Shown here: positions 39,797 through 50,701 of the stretch, one piece after another | Layout of the letters: each line of letters begins with the position of its first letter | Position numbering within the stretch: the first letter of the stretch is position 1 | Assembly (NCBI GenBank): GCA_038245785.1 | Contig: JBBRSB010000004.1 | Coordinates: forward strand, 1 to 64,000 | Reading direction: 5' to 3' | Source of the DNA: Gloeobacterales cyanobacterium | GTDB taxonomy: Bacteria; Cyanobacteriota; Cyanobacteriia; Gloeobacterales; PMM-0068 | Length of the DNA stretch: 64,000 nt | Made by a program: the position numbers and the translations under genes | The notes under the pieces: model-generated | What the model was told of the DNA's origin: nothing | Database searches by the model: none | Seen by the model: the letters and a program-made list of their open reading frames with translations, nothing else

Positions 39797-40783
39797 TTAT
39801 ACCAGTGGGGTGAGATCTTTGCGGACACGGTGCACCCAGTCCTGATGGCTCAGATACCAGTCCACGGTTCGGGCCAATCCAGTCTCAAAATCCACCGTTG
39901 GTTGCCAGCCGAGCGTGTCACCGATTTTCTTAGGGTCAATGGCATAGCGCAGGTCGTGACCAAGCCGGTCTGTGACAAACTCAATCAGGTCTTCTGACTT
40001 GCCCATCAGTTCCAGAAGCTTGCGAATCACTTGCAGGTTGGTCCGTTCATTGTGCCCACCCACGTTATAGATCTGACCACTTTCACCCTGGTGCAGCACG
40101 ATATCCATCGCCCGACAATGGTCTTCTACATAAAGCCAATCACGGACATTTTGACCATTGCCATAAACCGGCAACGGCTTATTCTCTAAAGCCAGGGCAA
40201 TGAAGTATGGAATCAACTTCTCGGGCAGCTGATACGGCCCGTAGTTATTGGAACAGCGGGTGGTGACGACTTCCATGCCAAAGGTCTCATGATAGGCCCG
40301 CACATAAAAATCAGCCCCGGCTTTACTGGCTGCATAGGGACTATTCGGCGCTAGCGGAGTTTCTTCGGTGAAATACCCTTCTGCACCCAGAGTTCCATAT
40401 ACTTCATCCGTCGAACATTGCAAGAAGCGACGCACTCCATACTCGCGAGCCGCATCGAGGAGCACCTGAGTGCCCGTAATATTGGTCTCGATAAATATGC
40501 CTGGATTTTTGATACTGCGGTCCACGTGGGACTCAGCAGCCAAATTCATGATGTAATCCACACCTTGACGGACGACTTGCCGCACAAAATCTTTATCTTG
40601 CAGTTGTCCCTTGAAGAATCGATAGCTAGGGTTTGCTTCCAAATCCTCTACGTTTTCAGGTCTGCCAGCGTAGGTCAGTGCATCCAGATTCCATATTTGA
40701 TACTCAGGATAGGTGCGCAGTAAGTGACGTACAAGATTAGAACCGATAAACCCGCATCCACCTGTTACCAATAGGGTTGTCAT
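39797..40783 (-). CDS. rfbB: dTDP-glucose 4,6-dehydratase
   Basis: TGGCGFIGS, AAESHVDRSI, STDEVYG, YAASKA, SNNYGP. Confidence 0.96.
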   Translation of the reverse strand: MTTLLVTGGCGFIGSNLVRHLLRTYPEYQIWNLDALTYAGRPENVEDLEANPSYRFFKGQLQDKDFVRQVVRQGVDYIMNLAAESHVDRSIKNPGIFIETNITGTQVLLDAAREYGVRRFLQCSTDEVYGTLGAEGYFTEETPLAPNSPYAASKAGADFYVRAYHETFGMEVVTTRCSNNYGPYQLPEKLIPYFIALALENKPLPVYGNGQNVRDWLYVEDHCRAMDIVLHQGESGQIYNVGGHNERTNLQVIRKLLELMGKSEDLIEFVTDRLGHDLRYAIDPKKIGDTLGWQPTVDFETGLARTVDWYLSHQDWVHRVRKDLTPLV

Positions 40784-40889
40784 TCAAGGTTTCCTCATCC
40801 CCAATGTTAAAGAACTTAACAGAAAATCACCTGATTCGTGAGGGACGATCTAAAAAAAGGTCTCAGTACTTATTTCGTACCAGCGGTAA

Positions 40890-41726
40890 CTAAGTTTTCT
40901 TTTTACTTTTAGTTTTTTTCTTGGGTGTTTCTTTCGAATCTGTACCGCCCCGATAAGTAAATGCACGAATCACCGTTCCTTCTTTGGGTATATTGCCCGC
41001 AATAAAGCTGGCCTGGTCCGAGCCATACACCTGTACATCTCCTGGCGGAAACAATTTCATAAAGTCTTCCATACCGACTAAAGTGCAGCTTTCATCGGCT
41101 GCTTGTGTCTTGAAATGAGTTGGGATTACTATCCGTGGATTGAGGTCACTTACCGCTTGCTTAGCGGCTTCTGGCCCATAGGCTTTTTCACCACCGCCCA
41201 CAGGAATCAACAGAATATCGGGAGTCCCCAGTAGAATTTTCTGCTCGGAGGTCAGCGGAGAAGCAATCCCTCCCAAGTGCACAACTTTGATGCCAGCCTG
41301 TTGCCAACTCCAGGCCACATTCACTCCGTAGCGGTTCCCCTCTTTTTGGTCATGGTAGGTGCGCACCCCTTGAAATTTCAAGCTGTCGACATTGTAAATA
41401 CCGGGTTCAAACAGGACCTTAGGATTGCCTGGAATCACTTCTAGGGAACCTTCATCGAGCAAACGAGAACTTAGCAATACCAAATTGGAAGCCACAGAAG
41501 GCCGCCTATAGCCTGCAGTACAGCCTGATGGTTTAAAGGGATTGACCAAGATGGTCGATTCTGCAGAACTAAACAAAAAGCAGGTATGTCCTAACCAACG
41601 GATGTTCAAGGATTTCCCGGCTTTTGGGCGTTCTTTAGCGGTTTGAGCTTGTGCAGTGGAGCCCAATAGATCTAAGGGGGCTATTGCTGCGGTTAGCCCT
41701 AGGGCTAGAAGAATACGTCGCTTCAT
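40890..41726 (-). CDS. Secreted MBL-fold protein
   Basis: IRWLGHTCF, VVHLG, LIPVGG, IVIPTH; signal peptide; metal ligands degenerate. Confidence 0.8.
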   Translation of the reverse strand: MKRRILLALGLTAAIAPLDLLGSTAQAQTAKERPKAGKSLNIRWLGHTCFLFSSAESTILVNPFKPSGCTAGYRRPSVASNLVLLSSRLLDEGSLEVIPGNPKVLFEPGIYNVDSLKFQGVRTYHDQKEGNRYGVNVAWSWQQAGIKVVHLGGIASPLTSEQKILLGTPDILLIPVGGGEKAYGPEAAKQAVSDLNPRIVIPTHFKTQAADESCTLVGMEDFMKLFPPGDVQVYGSDQASFIAGNIPKEGTVIRAFTYRGGTDSKETPKKKTKSKKKT

Positions 41727-41747
41727 GAAAATCCTTATCGAGAACTA

Positions 41748-42374
41748 TTAAGGCTGAGGTTGGTGAGGTCGCCTGGGCGGTAGCGCTTCCAGAAAATTGA
41801 TCAACAACGCCTTACCTTGGGTTGTCAAAATGCTTTCTGGATGGAATTGAACACCCTGGAGAGAAGGGTAATCCCGATGCTGGACGCCCATTATTACGCC
41901 ATCTTCTGTAGAGGCCGTGATCCGTAAGGTATCCGGACACGTTTCTCGCTGGATGACCAAGGAGTGGTATCGGGTCGCGGTAAAGGGATTGGGCAGTCCT
42001 TGAAATACTCCGACGCCCTCATGAAAAATCGGAGAGGTTTTGCCGTGCATCAGGGTAGGTGCTGCTACGACCTGAGCTCCATAGTTAAGACCAATGCACT
42101 GGTGTCCCAGGCAGACACCCAGAATCGGAACGGTCCCGGCCAGTTCCCGGATAATGTCATTGCAGACCCCCGCTTGCTCGGGTCGTCCTGGACCTGGCGA
42201 GAGCACAATCCCCTGAGGCTGGAGCTGACGGATCTCTTCTAGAGAGATTTGGTCATTGCGATATACCTGGATATAGTCGTCATGCTCAAAGCCCTCGGCT
42301 GCCGCACTGAGTTCTCCCAGGTACTGCACCAGATTGTGTGTAAAGCTATCGTAGTTATCAATAACTAGAATCAT
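41748..42374 (-). CDS. trpG: Anthranilate/aminodeoxychorismate synthase component II
   Basis: [33 protein letters not shown]. Confidence 0.9.
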   Translation of the reverse strand: MILVIDNYDSFTHNLVQYLGELSAAAEGFEHDDYIQVYRNDQISLEEIRQLQPQGIVLSPGPGRPEQAGVCNDIIRELAGTVPILGVCLGHQCIGLNYGAQVVAAPTLMHGKTSPIFHEGVGVFQGLPNPFTATRYHSLVIQRETCPDTLRITASTEDGVIMGVQHRDYPSLQGVQFHPESILTTQGKALLINFLEALPPRRPHQPQP

Positions 42375-42490
42375 AAAACGGGTGAATTCCGTTTTTGATG
42401 ATACATTAAGCAGTCACCGAGCCGCCAGAACTAGCTTAGGGCAAGCTGGTTAGGGAGGTCATTTAATTCGGCTGAGGACCACAGCCCTCT

Positions 42491-43153
42491 ATGCTTCCCC
42501 TCCTCTTCTGGCAAATATTTTGGGTTGTCCTATGGCTGGCCATTCTCTGGCTAGGAGCTGAAGTATTACGCCGCCAAGAAATAGCACCCGAAACCATCCG
42601 TAAGGTTGTACATATTGGCGCGGGGCATGTCATCCTGCTGGCCTGGGGGCTAAAGATTCCGCTGGTCTACTGCCTCTTCGCTTCTGGGACAGCCAGCATC
42701 CTGACGCTGGTTTCCTACCGTATCCCCATCCTAGAGAGTATTAATGGAGTCGGTCGCAAGAGCCTCGGGACGTTCTACTATGCCGTGAGTATTGGTATCG
42801 TAACAGCGCTATTTTGGCCTTCTGAGCAGTATCACTTTGGCGCTTTAGGTATTTTAGTGATGGCCTATGGAGATGGCTTTGCCGCCTTGGTCGGTCAACG
42901 CTATGGCAAAACAATGTATACGGTGTTGGGGATGGCAAAGACCGTAGAAGGTTCTCTGACCATGGCTTTGGTCAGTACCTTAGTCAGTGGTCTGGTGCTT
43001 TCGATAGGCATTGGCTGGAGTTTTGGAATCTGGGGGATTGCCGTACTGATTGGCATTGGGTCTATGTTTTTAGAAATGTTCTCCGTCGGCGGCATCGATA
43101 ATCTCACCGTTCCTGTAGGCAGTGCTATTTTGGCCTGGGTACTATTACAATAG
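42491..43153 (+). CDS. Phytol/dolichol kinase-family membrane protein
   Basis: IRKVVHIGAG, MAYGDGFAALVG, KTVEGS, GIDNLTVP. Confidence 0.85.
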   Translation: MLPLLFWQIFWVVLWLAILWLGAEVLRRQEIAPETIRKVVHIGAGHVILLAWGLKIPLVYCLFASGTASILTLVSYRIPILESINGVGRKSLGTFYYAVSIGIVTALFWPSEQYHFGALGILVMAYGDGFAALVGQRYGKTMYTVLGMAKTVEGSLTMALVSTLVSGLVLSIGIGWSFGIWGIAVLIGIGSMFLEMFSVGGIDNLTVPVGSAILAWVLLQ

Positions 43154-43211
43154 TCCCGGAATCCTTGATCGGGTTTTAAACTAGAAGCAATGTTCCAATT
43201 AGCTAGTCCTC

Positions 43212-43733
43212 TTGAGAAATCTACTTACTCCTGATTTAATTCTGCCCTCTGGGGTTACAGGCATCGATTTACAAGCCCTGAAGCGCCTTGGCATTCAGGG
43301 CTTGATTCTGGATGTGGATGATACCCTCTTAGTCTTGGGGGCCTCCGACCTTGACCCGGCGGTTATCGAATGGGTCGAAGAAGCCAAACAAGATTTTCAA
43401 CTATGGATTGCTAGTAACAACCCAAGCACGCGTTTGATTAGCTCTGTCGCCGACGTCTTAGATATTCCGTTTATTAATAACGCCAAAAAACCTTTTCGTC
43501 GATCGCTGCGCCGAGTGATTGCGGAAATGGGTTTAACCCCGGTAGAAGTGGCCATCGTTGGCGACCGCTTGCTCACCGATGTTCTGGGAGGAAATCGCCT
43601 CGGACTCTACACCGTATTAGTTTTGCCTCCAGGCCCTGCCCGTTCTCTCGGTGCCAAAGTAATCCGGGCGTTAGAACGAAGGATTTATCATTTAACCCGA
43701 AATAAATTGACGGTGGATACCTCGAACTTTTAG
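43212..43733 (+). CDS. YqeG-family HAD IIIA phosphatase
   Basis: LILDVDDTL, SNN, AKKP, VGDRLLTDVLGGNRLG. Confidence 0.92.
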   Translation: MRNLLTPDLILPSGVTGIDLQALKRLGIQGLILDVDDTLLVLGASDLDPAVIEWVEEAKQDFQLWIASNNPSTRLISSVADVLDIPFINNAKKPFRRSLRRVIAEMGLTPVEVAIVGDRLLTDVLGGNRLGLYTVLVLPPGPARSLGAKVIRALERRIYHLTRNKLTVDTSNF

Positions 43734-43777
43734 ATAGCAATCGATACATGGGGAAGACTTTTCCCTAGAATACTTTC

Positions 43778-44671
43778 ATGATTACTGTTGCTGTTCCCTG
43801 TACTTCCGCCAACCTTGGGCCTGGGTTTGATGGCTTTGGCGTGGCGCTAGATTTAGAAAATCGGGTGGAGTTCTCTCCTGCCCCTCAGTTTGCTATCACC
43901 GTTTTGGGTCTCGGAGCTGAACGGGTAAGCCGTGAGGCCAACAATTTGGTGTACCGTAGCTTCGCCCACTTTTACCAGAGCCAAAATCTCCCGGTTCCTT
44001 CCGTCAAGATCCAGATCGAGATAGCGGTACCTTTGTCCCGTGGGTTAGGAAGTTCAGCGACTGCGATTGTGGCGGGTTTAGTCGGGGCCAATGAGATGGC
44101 GGGCAAGCCTCTGACTGACAGTAAGCTCCTGGAACTAGCCACGGAACTAGAAGGGCATCCTGATAATGTGGCCCCGGCCCTCTTGGGCGGCTGCCAACTG
44201 GCCCTCTGCACCCCTAAAGGCGTATTATCGATTCCCTTAGCCTGGCATCCCAGTATTTGCTGTGTGGTCATCGTTCCTGCTTTTGAGCTGTCTACCCGTA
44301 AGGCTCGTGCCGTACTGCCCAAGAAAATTCCAAGGGCGGATGGCATTTTCAACAGCTTGCATACAGCGCTTCTAGTCAAAGCTTTGGAAAGCGGCAATCC
44401 CCTTTGGTTACAGGAAGCGCTACAAGACCGACTGCATCAGCCCTATCGCATGGGCCTAATACCTGGCTTTGAAGCCTTGCAGCAAACAGCGCTTGAACAA
44501 GGAGCCTATGGCATGGTGTTAAGTGGTGCCGGACCTACGGTTCTTGCGCTGTGCCCAGAAGAAGCCGTCCAGGAGGTAGGCAGTTCCTTGGTCTATACCT
44601 GGGGCCAGTACAAAACTACAGCCGAAAGCCATCATCTAAACTATCGGACTAAAGGCTATCGAGTGTTTTAG
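43778..44671 (+). CDS. thrB: Homoserine kinase
   Basis: PCTSANLGPGFD, PLSRGLGSSA, EGHPDNV, SGAGPT. Confidence 0.96.
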   Translation: MITVAVPCTSANLGPGFDGFGVALDLENRVEFSPAPQFAITVLGLGAERVSREANNLVYRSFAHFYQSQNLPVPSVKIQIEIAVPLSRGLGSSATAIVAGLVGANEMAGKPLTDSKLLELATELEGHPDNVAPALLGGCQLALCTPKGVLSIPLAWHPSICCVVIVPAFELSTRKARAVLPKKIPRADGIFNSLHTALLVKALESGNPLWLQEALQDRLHQPYRMGLIPGFEALQQTALEQGAYGMVLSGAGPTVLALCPEEAVQEVGSSLVYTWGQYKTTAESHHLNYRTKGYRVF

Positions 44672-44680
44672 AATGCCTGC

Positions 44681-45979
44681 ATGCATAATTCTTTAACGCT
44701 TCAACCAGCTTCCGCACTACGGGGCACCCTCCGCGTTCCGGGGGATAAGTCTATTTCTCATCGAGCTTTGATGTTGGGAGCCCTGGCTGAGGGAGAGACG
44801 ATTATTCAGGGACTGCTTCCTGGCGAAGACCCGATTAGTACGGCTCGCTGCCTCAGCGCTTTAGGCGCAGAAATTACGGAGATTAACAGTACGGAAGTTC
44901 GGGTACGCGGCACTGGATTGGGCCAGCTTAAGGAGGCTACCGACTTCCTTGATGCAGGCAATTCTGGGACTACCCTGCGCTTGATGATGGGCATTCTCGC
45001 CAGTCAACCCGGTCTTTTTTCGACCCTGACCGGAGATGCCTCGCTCCGTTCGCGACCGATGGGCCGCGTTAGTACGCCGCTGAGCCAGATGGGCGCTCAG
45101 ATTTGGGGCAGGCAGGGTGGAAAGTACGCCCCCCTGGCTATCCAGGGACAAAGCCTTAAGCCTTTTCACTATCAGTCTCCTATTGCCTCAGCCCAAGTTA
45201 AATCAGCCGTGCTGCTCGCCGGACTGCTGACACCAGGCCAAACCCTGGTTACAGAACCTGTTCGTTCTCGCGACCATTCAGAACGGATGCTCCGAGCCTT
45301 TGGCGCCAAAGTTTATACCGATGAAAGTTTAACCGTGGCCGTAGAAGGTCCGACGCGTCTGGTCGGACAGACGGTCGTAGTTCCTGGAGATATTAGTTCA
45401 GCCGCTTTCTGGCTGGTGGCAGCATCGATTGTGCCCAATTCAGAACTTTTGTTGGAAAACGTGGGTATCAATCCCACCCGTACCGGAATTTTGGACGTAC
45501 TCCAAGCTATGGGCGCGGATATAGAACAGCTCAATCTTCGAGAGCAGGCGGGAGAACCCGTTGCCGACCTGCGCGTGCGCTCTGCTCAACTGCGGGGAAC
45601 GACCATTGGCGGTTCCTTGATTCCTCGGCTGGTCGATGAAATTCCGGTCCTGGCCATAGCCGCTTTGGCGGCAGAAGGAAAAACGATTATCCGTGATGCC
45701 GAAGAACTGAGGGTCAAAGAGAGTGACCGTCTGGCCGCTATGGCTCAAGAGCTTTGTAAGATGGGCGCCCAGATTCAAGAATATCCTGATGGACTAGAAA
45801 TCCACGGTCCACAGCAACTGATCGGGGCCACTGTCAGTCCACACACAGACCACCGCATTGCGATGAGCCTAGCCATAGCTTCTTTACTAGCCCGAGGAGA
45901 AACGACCTTAGAGAATCCAGCATGCGCTCGGGTTTCCTACCCTGAATTCTGGACGACCCTAGACCAAGTCAGAAAATAG
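44681..45979 (+). CDS. aroA: EPSP synthase
   Basis: [35 protein letters not shown]. Confidence 0.97.
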   Translation: MHNSLTLQPASALRGTLRVPGDKSISHRALMLGALAEGETIIQGLLPGEDPISTARCLSALGAEITEINSTEVRVRGTGLGQLKEATDFLDAGNSGTTLRLMMGILASQPGLFSTLTGDASLRSRPMGRVSTPLSQMGAQIWGRQGGKYAPLAIQGQSLKPFHYQSPIASAQVKSAVLLAGLLTPGQTLVTEPVRSRDHSERMLRAFGAKVYTDESLTVAVEGPTRLVGQTVVVPGDISSAAFWLVAASIVPNSELLLENVGINPTRTGILDVLQAMGADIEQLNLREQAGEPVADLRVRSAQLRGTTIGGSLIPRLVDEIPVLAIAALAAEGKTIIRDAEELRVKESDRLAAMAQELCKMGAQIQEYPDGLEIHGPQQLIGATVSPHTDHRIAMSLAIASLLARGETTLENPACARVSYPEFWTTLDQVRK

Positions 45980-46053
45980 TTCTGTAAACAGTACCTGGGA
46001 GAGCTAACAGCATTCCAGGTATGATAGAAATTCCGCGTTAGGGGTTGCGGCCT

Positions 46054-46380
46054 ATGCCTGCTACTATTCAATTTTTGCCTGGAGTGAATGAAGAAGTTTC
46101 GGATGTACGCATCACCGGAACCAAATATGACAACCGTAAGGCAGCGACGTTCTACTTTTCCAATCCCAAAATCAATACGGGGGGCGGAGTGAAAGGGATG
46201 CGGATGCAAGACGACGAGGGCGTCCTAGAGACCACAGACGTACGGAGCAAATTCACGAACGGTGAATTCACGGGTCTTGAAGCCGTCTATGAAATGACCA
46301 CGGAACAGGAATTTGAACGTTTCATGCGTTTTATGAATCGCTATGCCGAGTCCAATGGCATGGAATTCCAGAAAAAGTAG
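46054..46380 (+). CDS. psb28: Photosystem II assembly factor Psb28
   Basis: IQF..G..E..DVR..ATFYF..GMRMQDDEG..KFTNG..ERFMRFMNRYAESNGM. Confidence 0.92.
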   Translation: MPATIQFLPGVNEEVSDVRITGTKYDNRKAATFYFSNPKINTGGGVKGMRMQDDEGVLETTDVRSKFTNGEFTGLEAVYEMTTEQEFERFMRFMNRYAESNGMEFQKK

Positions 46381-46592
46381 CGACTGTAGTTACTGAGCTC
46401 TTTCTTGAATCCTTGCTGACTGTAAGGCAGAGGTTTGCTACTAAGCACTCAGATTAGAGGTTTAGGGTGGAGCCTGTTCTACGTAAAATGCTGGCTCAGA
46501 GCAAGATTCAGCAAGCAGAACTACTGCCGATTCTGCTAACTGTTGACAGAGGGGGGGAACTCTAGAGAGAGTCACCCTACCCTTGATAGCCT

Positions 46593-47750
46593 GTGGAACC
46601 AATCGAAGACCTGGTAGAACAACTACAAAGTGGAACGACTGAACAGCGAATCCTCGCCGCAGAGCGCCTAGGACGTTCACATAGTCCGCTGAGTTTGCAT
46701 ACCTTGACGGCGCTGATAGACGTTTTAAAAGATCCAGACGAGCAGCTGTGTTATCAATCAGCGAAGAGTTTGGTTTGGATGGTTGGATATCAGCGGGGGC
46801 TAAAACTGCTTGAACATGACAATCCAGAAGTACGACATGCGACCATTTGGGCTCTGGATGAACTGAAACTGAGAAAGGAACAGCAAGAATGGTTGATTCC
46901 TGCCCTCCTAAACTGTTTACATGATGAGCATGGTGCAGTACGGGCTGCAACGGCCTACATGCTCGGACGCATGGGGGCTGATGAAGCTTTAGAAAGTTTG
47001 ATTGCGCTTATAGACGACGAGTATCCCTTGGCCCAGATGAACGCCCTGGATGCCTTGGGTCAGCTTAGAAACCCGAAGGCTTTTGAAGCTTTGGTCACTT
47101 GTCTAAGCTCTTCCTACGCCTTTTTAGCCGCTGATGCTTTGGGCAAATTGGGACAACCAGAAGCTATCCCCTATCTACTTCCCCTTTTAGAGAGCTCAGA
47201 CCCGACCATACAGGGCTCTGCAACCCTCGCCATTCTCAATCTAGACCATGGGCCATGTACGGCTGAACTTTTGGCTCATCCTCAAGAGATCGTTCGTTTG
47301 ATCTGTGCCCGTGGACTTTCTGAGCAAATAGAGCATCACAGCCATATCACCTTGCGCACCTTAGGCCCCCAGATGCCTCAATCGCCCCTCATGCCCCATT
47401 TGAAGAGGCTGGTTCCTACCCTGATGGTAAGACTTGACTGTGAAACCAATCTCCGCCTGAGAAGGTTACTGATCAAGCTCCTCGGTCAACTTCACGCGGC
47501 TCAGTCGCTCCCGCTGCTAGCTACCCTGCTGACGGCAGATCCGGAAGCAGAAATACGGGCTGATGCCGCACTTTCCCTAGGATGTATGGAAGATTCAGAA
47601 GTCCTCAGGTCCATACTCCAAAGAGTCCTGGCCGAAGATCTATCCCTTCAGGTAAAAATTGCGGCCAAGAAAGCTTTAGAACGTTTAGATTTCATCGCTA
47701 CGGCTGCTAAGTTGGTGAACACCGACATAGTTCACCAAGAGATCTCCTAG
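46593..47750 (+). CDS. HEAT-repeat (PBS lyase-like) protein
   Basis: Repeated VR..A..ALG..G..EA..L..LL units. Confidence 0.85.
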   Translation: MEPIEDLVEQLQSGTTEQRILAAERLGRSHSPLSLHTLTALIDVLKDPDEQLCYQSAKSLVWMVGYQRGLKLLEHDNPEVRHATIWALDELKLRKEQQEWLIPALLNCLHDEHGAVRAATAYMLGRMGADEALESLIALIDDEYPLAQMNALDALGQLRNPKAFEALVTCLSSSYAFLAADALGKLGQPEAIPYLLPLLESSDPTIQGSATLAILNLDHGPCTAELLAHPQEIVRLICARGLSEQIEHHSHITLRTLGPQMPQSPLMPHLKRLVPTLMVRLDCETNLRLRRLLIKLLGQLHAAQSLPLLATLLTADPEAEIRADAALSLGCMEDSEVLRSILQRVLAEDLSLQVKIAAKKALERLDFIATAAKLVNTDIVHQEIS

Positions 47751-48607
47751 TGCCGTTTGTTCAACAGTCAACCGAAGATGGTTCAATCACCTATTTCTCC
47801 CCAGAATTTGAAGAAACCTTTCACTCAGAGTACGGAGCCGTTCAAGAAGTCCAAGAGCAATTTATTGAGCCCTGCGGACTCGTAGATCTGGCCCAAAAGG
47901 GTATACCTATTCGTTTGATTAATACCTGCTATGGTCTGGGCTACAACAGTGCAGCGGCCATTGAGACCGTGCTCAACACCAATCCCGCCTGCCCGATCGA
48001 AATTTACACCATGGAATTGGACCCTTTGGTGATTCGCCAGGCAAGCCAAGAAAATGTGCTCCATCCATGGCCCAAAGCCCATATTTTGCTCGGTTCCCTT
48101 CCTAAAACTACAGAAATACAGTCTGGTTCTTTGACCTTTCATTTATTGCTAGGCGATGCTCGACAGCGTGTTGCTGATATTCCTAAAGGCTGGGCCAATG
48201 CAGTTTTTCATGACCCTTTTTCGCCTACAGCCTGTCCCGAACTATGGACCGTAGAGTTCTTTCAAGCACTGGCACAGACTATGGCAAGAGAAGGCATCTT
48301 GAGCACCTACTCTAGTTCTGCCGCTGCCCGCAAAGCGATACTCGAAGCTGGATTCACCTTGGGGACAGGATTGCGCATTGGTCGCAGAGCACCAAGTACG
48401 ATTGCCGATTTTGGGATACGGTCTTTGCCTCCTCTGGGGGAGCAAGAACAGGAACACCTTTTGACCAGTGCCGCCGTTCCCTACTGTGACCCTGAGCTGA
48501 ACTGGAACCGTGCGCAGATTAAAGAGGACCGCAAACGACGCCAAGCTGAGTTTCAAGGGCCTTCTTCCAACCAGTGGCGCAAACGCTGGCTTAAGCGTGC
48601 TCCCTGA
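47750..48607 (+). CDS. MnmC-like (MnmD) SAM-dependent tRNA methyltransferase
   Basis: TEDGSIT..ETFHS..GA, CYGLGYN, GDAR, DPFSP..PELWT, TYSS. Confidence 0.8.
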   Translation: MPFVQQSTEDGSITYFSPEFEETFHSEYGAVQEVQEQFIEPCGLVDLAQKGIPIRLINTCYGLGYNSAAAIETVLNTNPACPIEIYTMELDPLVIRQASQENVLHPWPKAHILLGSLPKTTEIQSGSLTFHLLLGDARQRVADIPKGWANAVFHDPFSPTACPELWTVEFFQALAQTMAREGILSTYSSSAAARKAILEAGFTLGTGLRIGRRAPSTIADFGIRSLPPLGEQEQEHLLTSAAVPYCDPELNWNRAQIKEDRKRRQAEFQGPSSNQWRKRWLKRAP

Positions 48608-48680
48608 GCGGAGTCGTGTCCGGCACAAGGTACCTGCTGCCGTAGGCAGATTGAACAGGTAGGCGAAGCCGAGAAGGGAG
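48600..48680. repeat. REP-like CTCCCTGAGCGGAGTCG..AAGGGAG hairpin interrupted by nested hairpins
   Basis: Outer CTCCCT/AGGGAG arms; inner TACCTG/CAGGTA, CTGCC-GTA-GGCAG and GGC-GAA-GCC. Confidence 0.5.
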
Positions 48681-48737
48681 TATAGGGGACCGGGAAGCAA
48701 ACATGGGAAAATGGAGCGTCCCGCTTAATCACTCACC

Positions 48738-49910
48738 ATGACCCAACAGACCATCCCAGCCCATGGCGGCACCTTAATCCAGCGCATTATGACTCCAGAT
48801 ATGCGGGCAGACTATCAGGCCAGAGCCACTCAACTCAAATGCATTTCAATCGATGAACGAACGGCCTCTGACCTGGAGATGATTGCCATTGGCGGGTTTT
48901 CGCCTCTAATTGGTTTTATGAACGAAGCCGATTATGGGTCTGTGGTCGAGCGGATGCATCTTCAAAATGGCTTGGCTTGGTCCATTCCAATTACTCTGTC
49001 GGTAACTCAGGAAATAGCCAATGGACTGAATATTGGTGAAACCATTGGGCTACAGGATGCTCAGGGCAAGCTGTTAGGGATTCTCAATCTAGAAGAAAAA
49101 TATACCTACGATGCCCGCAAGGAAGCGGAGCATGTTTATCGCACCACGGATAAAGCCCATCCTGGCGTACAGGTAGTCTACAGCCAAGGCCCTGTGAACC
49201 TAGCCGGTCCGGTATGGCTCGTAGAGCGTCATCCCCATCCTCTATTCGCAGCCTACCAGCTAGACCCCAAAGAATCCCGTGAGCGCTTCGTCGCTTTGGG
49301 CTGGAAAACGGTGGTTGGTTTCCAAACGAGAAACCCTGTTCACCGCGCCCATGAATACATTCAAAAATGTGCCCTAGAGACAGTTGACGGTCTTTTTCTG
49401 CATCCACTCGTCGGCGCTACCAAAAGTGATGACATTCCTGCTGATGTGCGGATGCGCTGCTATGAAGTCCTTTTAGATAATTACTTCCCAAAAGACCGCG
49501 TAGTTTTAGCGATTAATCCAGCGGCGATGCGCTATGCAGGACCTCGCGAAGCGATTTTCCATGCCCTTGTCCGCAAAAACTATGGTTGTACCCACTTCAT
49601 TGTTGGTCGGGACCATGCAGGGGTCGGCGATTATTATGGCACCTACGAAGCCCAGGAAATTTTCGATGAATTCGAACCAGGCGAATTGGGCATTATCCCG
49701 ATGAAGTTTGAGCATGCCTTCTACTGTCTGAAAACCCAAAGCATGGCTACCGAAAAGACGAGTCCTTCTTCTCCGCAAGAGCGGGTACATTTATCAGGAA
49801 CGAAAGTACGAGAACTTCTACGTCGTGGCGAAACCCCACCTCCAGAATTTTCTCGTCCAGAAGTTGCTCAAATCTTGATCAATGCCATGCGTGAACAAGC
49901 GAAGGTCTGA
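48738..49910 (+). CDS. sat: Sulfate adenylyltransferase
   Basis: [39 protein letters not shown]. Confidence 0.97.
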   Translation: MTQQTIPAHGGTLIQRIMTPDMRADYQARATQLKCISIDERTASDLEMIAIGGFSPLIGFMNEADYGSVVERMHLQNGLAWSIPITLSVTQEIANGLNIGETIGLQDAQGKLLGILNLEEKYTYDARKEAEHVYRTTDKAHPGVQVVYSQGPVNLAGPVWLVERHPHPLFAAYQLDPKESRERFVALGWKTVVGFQTRNPVHRAHEYIQKCALETVDGLFLHPLVGATKSDDIPADVRMRCYEVLLDNYFPKDRVVLAINPAAMRYAGPREAIFHALVRKNYGCTHFIVGRDHAGVGDYYGTYEAQEIFDEFEPGELGIIPMKFEHAFYCLKTQSMATEKTSPSSPQERVHLSGTKVRELLRRGETPPPEFSRPEVAQILINAMREQAKV

Positions 49911-49978
49911 TTTTTAGTTGGTGAATTTGTGATGCATGGCTTTCTGGAAAGGAAGCCCTATTCTTGCCTGGGTTTAGA

Positions 49979-50686
49979 TTAGATTCTACGTTCTAGACCG
50001 AAGCGATAGCCTAGGCCATACACCGTATGGATCATAGAGCTATCAAATTCTTTATCAATTTTGCGTCTTAACAGTTTGATATGGGCCGCTACGAGGTTCA
50101 GACTGGCTGCGGCATCCTCTCTAGTCTCCTGCCACAGCGTTTCTAAGATTTCCTCATGAGTCAGAACTTCCCCGGCTCGGCGCATCAGGAGTTCTAGGAG
50201 TTGCAACTCCTTGGCAGATAGTTCAATTGGCTTCCCTTGGCGAAAAGCCAGTTTCCTCTTCAGGTCTAGGGTGACATCTCCCACTTGAAGCTGTTCCTCT
50301 TGCACCTCAGTAGACCGCAAAGGTCCCGTTGGACGACGAAGTAAAGCCCTGACCCTCGCCAGCAGCTCCTTCAGCTCAAAGGGTTTCACCAAATAGTCAT
50401 CGGCTCCAACATCCAGCCCTTGAACGCGTTCATCCACGGTATCTTTGGCCGTAAGCATCAAGACAGGCAAGGCATTTCCCTGAGTGCGCAAACGGCGGCA
50501 TAATTCCAAACCGGAACGTCCAGGTAACATCCAATCAAGAATCAATAGATCATAGGAGTGGGCAGACAGAAGCTCTTCTCCTCTTTCTCCATCATGGGCG
50601 ACTTCAACGAAATGACCTTCTCGGGTGAGAATTGCACACAGAGGTTTAGCCATTTCCACTTCATCTTCGACAATAAGTAAACGCAT
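49979..50686 (-). CDS. manR: OmpR-family response regulator, ManR-like
   Basis: MRLLIVEDE receiver plus winged helix; the neighbouring kinase, mntCAB and ManR box support the symbol. Confidence 0.7.
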   Translation of the reverse strand: MRLLIVEDEVEMAKPLCAILTREGHFVEVAHDGERGEELLSAHSYDLLILDWMLPGRSGLELCRRLRTQGNALPVLMLTAKDTVDERVQGLDVGADDYLVKPFELKELLARVRALLRRPTGPLRSTEVQEEQLQVGDVTLDLKRKLAFRQGKPIELSAKELQLLELLMRRAGEVLTHEEILETLWQETREDAAASLNLVAAHIKLLRRKIDKEFDSSMIHTVYGLGYRFGLERRI

Positions 50687-50701
50687 GGTTCTTCGCCTGC
50701 T

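Noticed and set aside
48608..48705. Possible SRP RNA or riboswitch before sat
   Set aside because: Lacks the SRP helix-8 core and any riboswitch consensus I recognise; nested repeats explain it better
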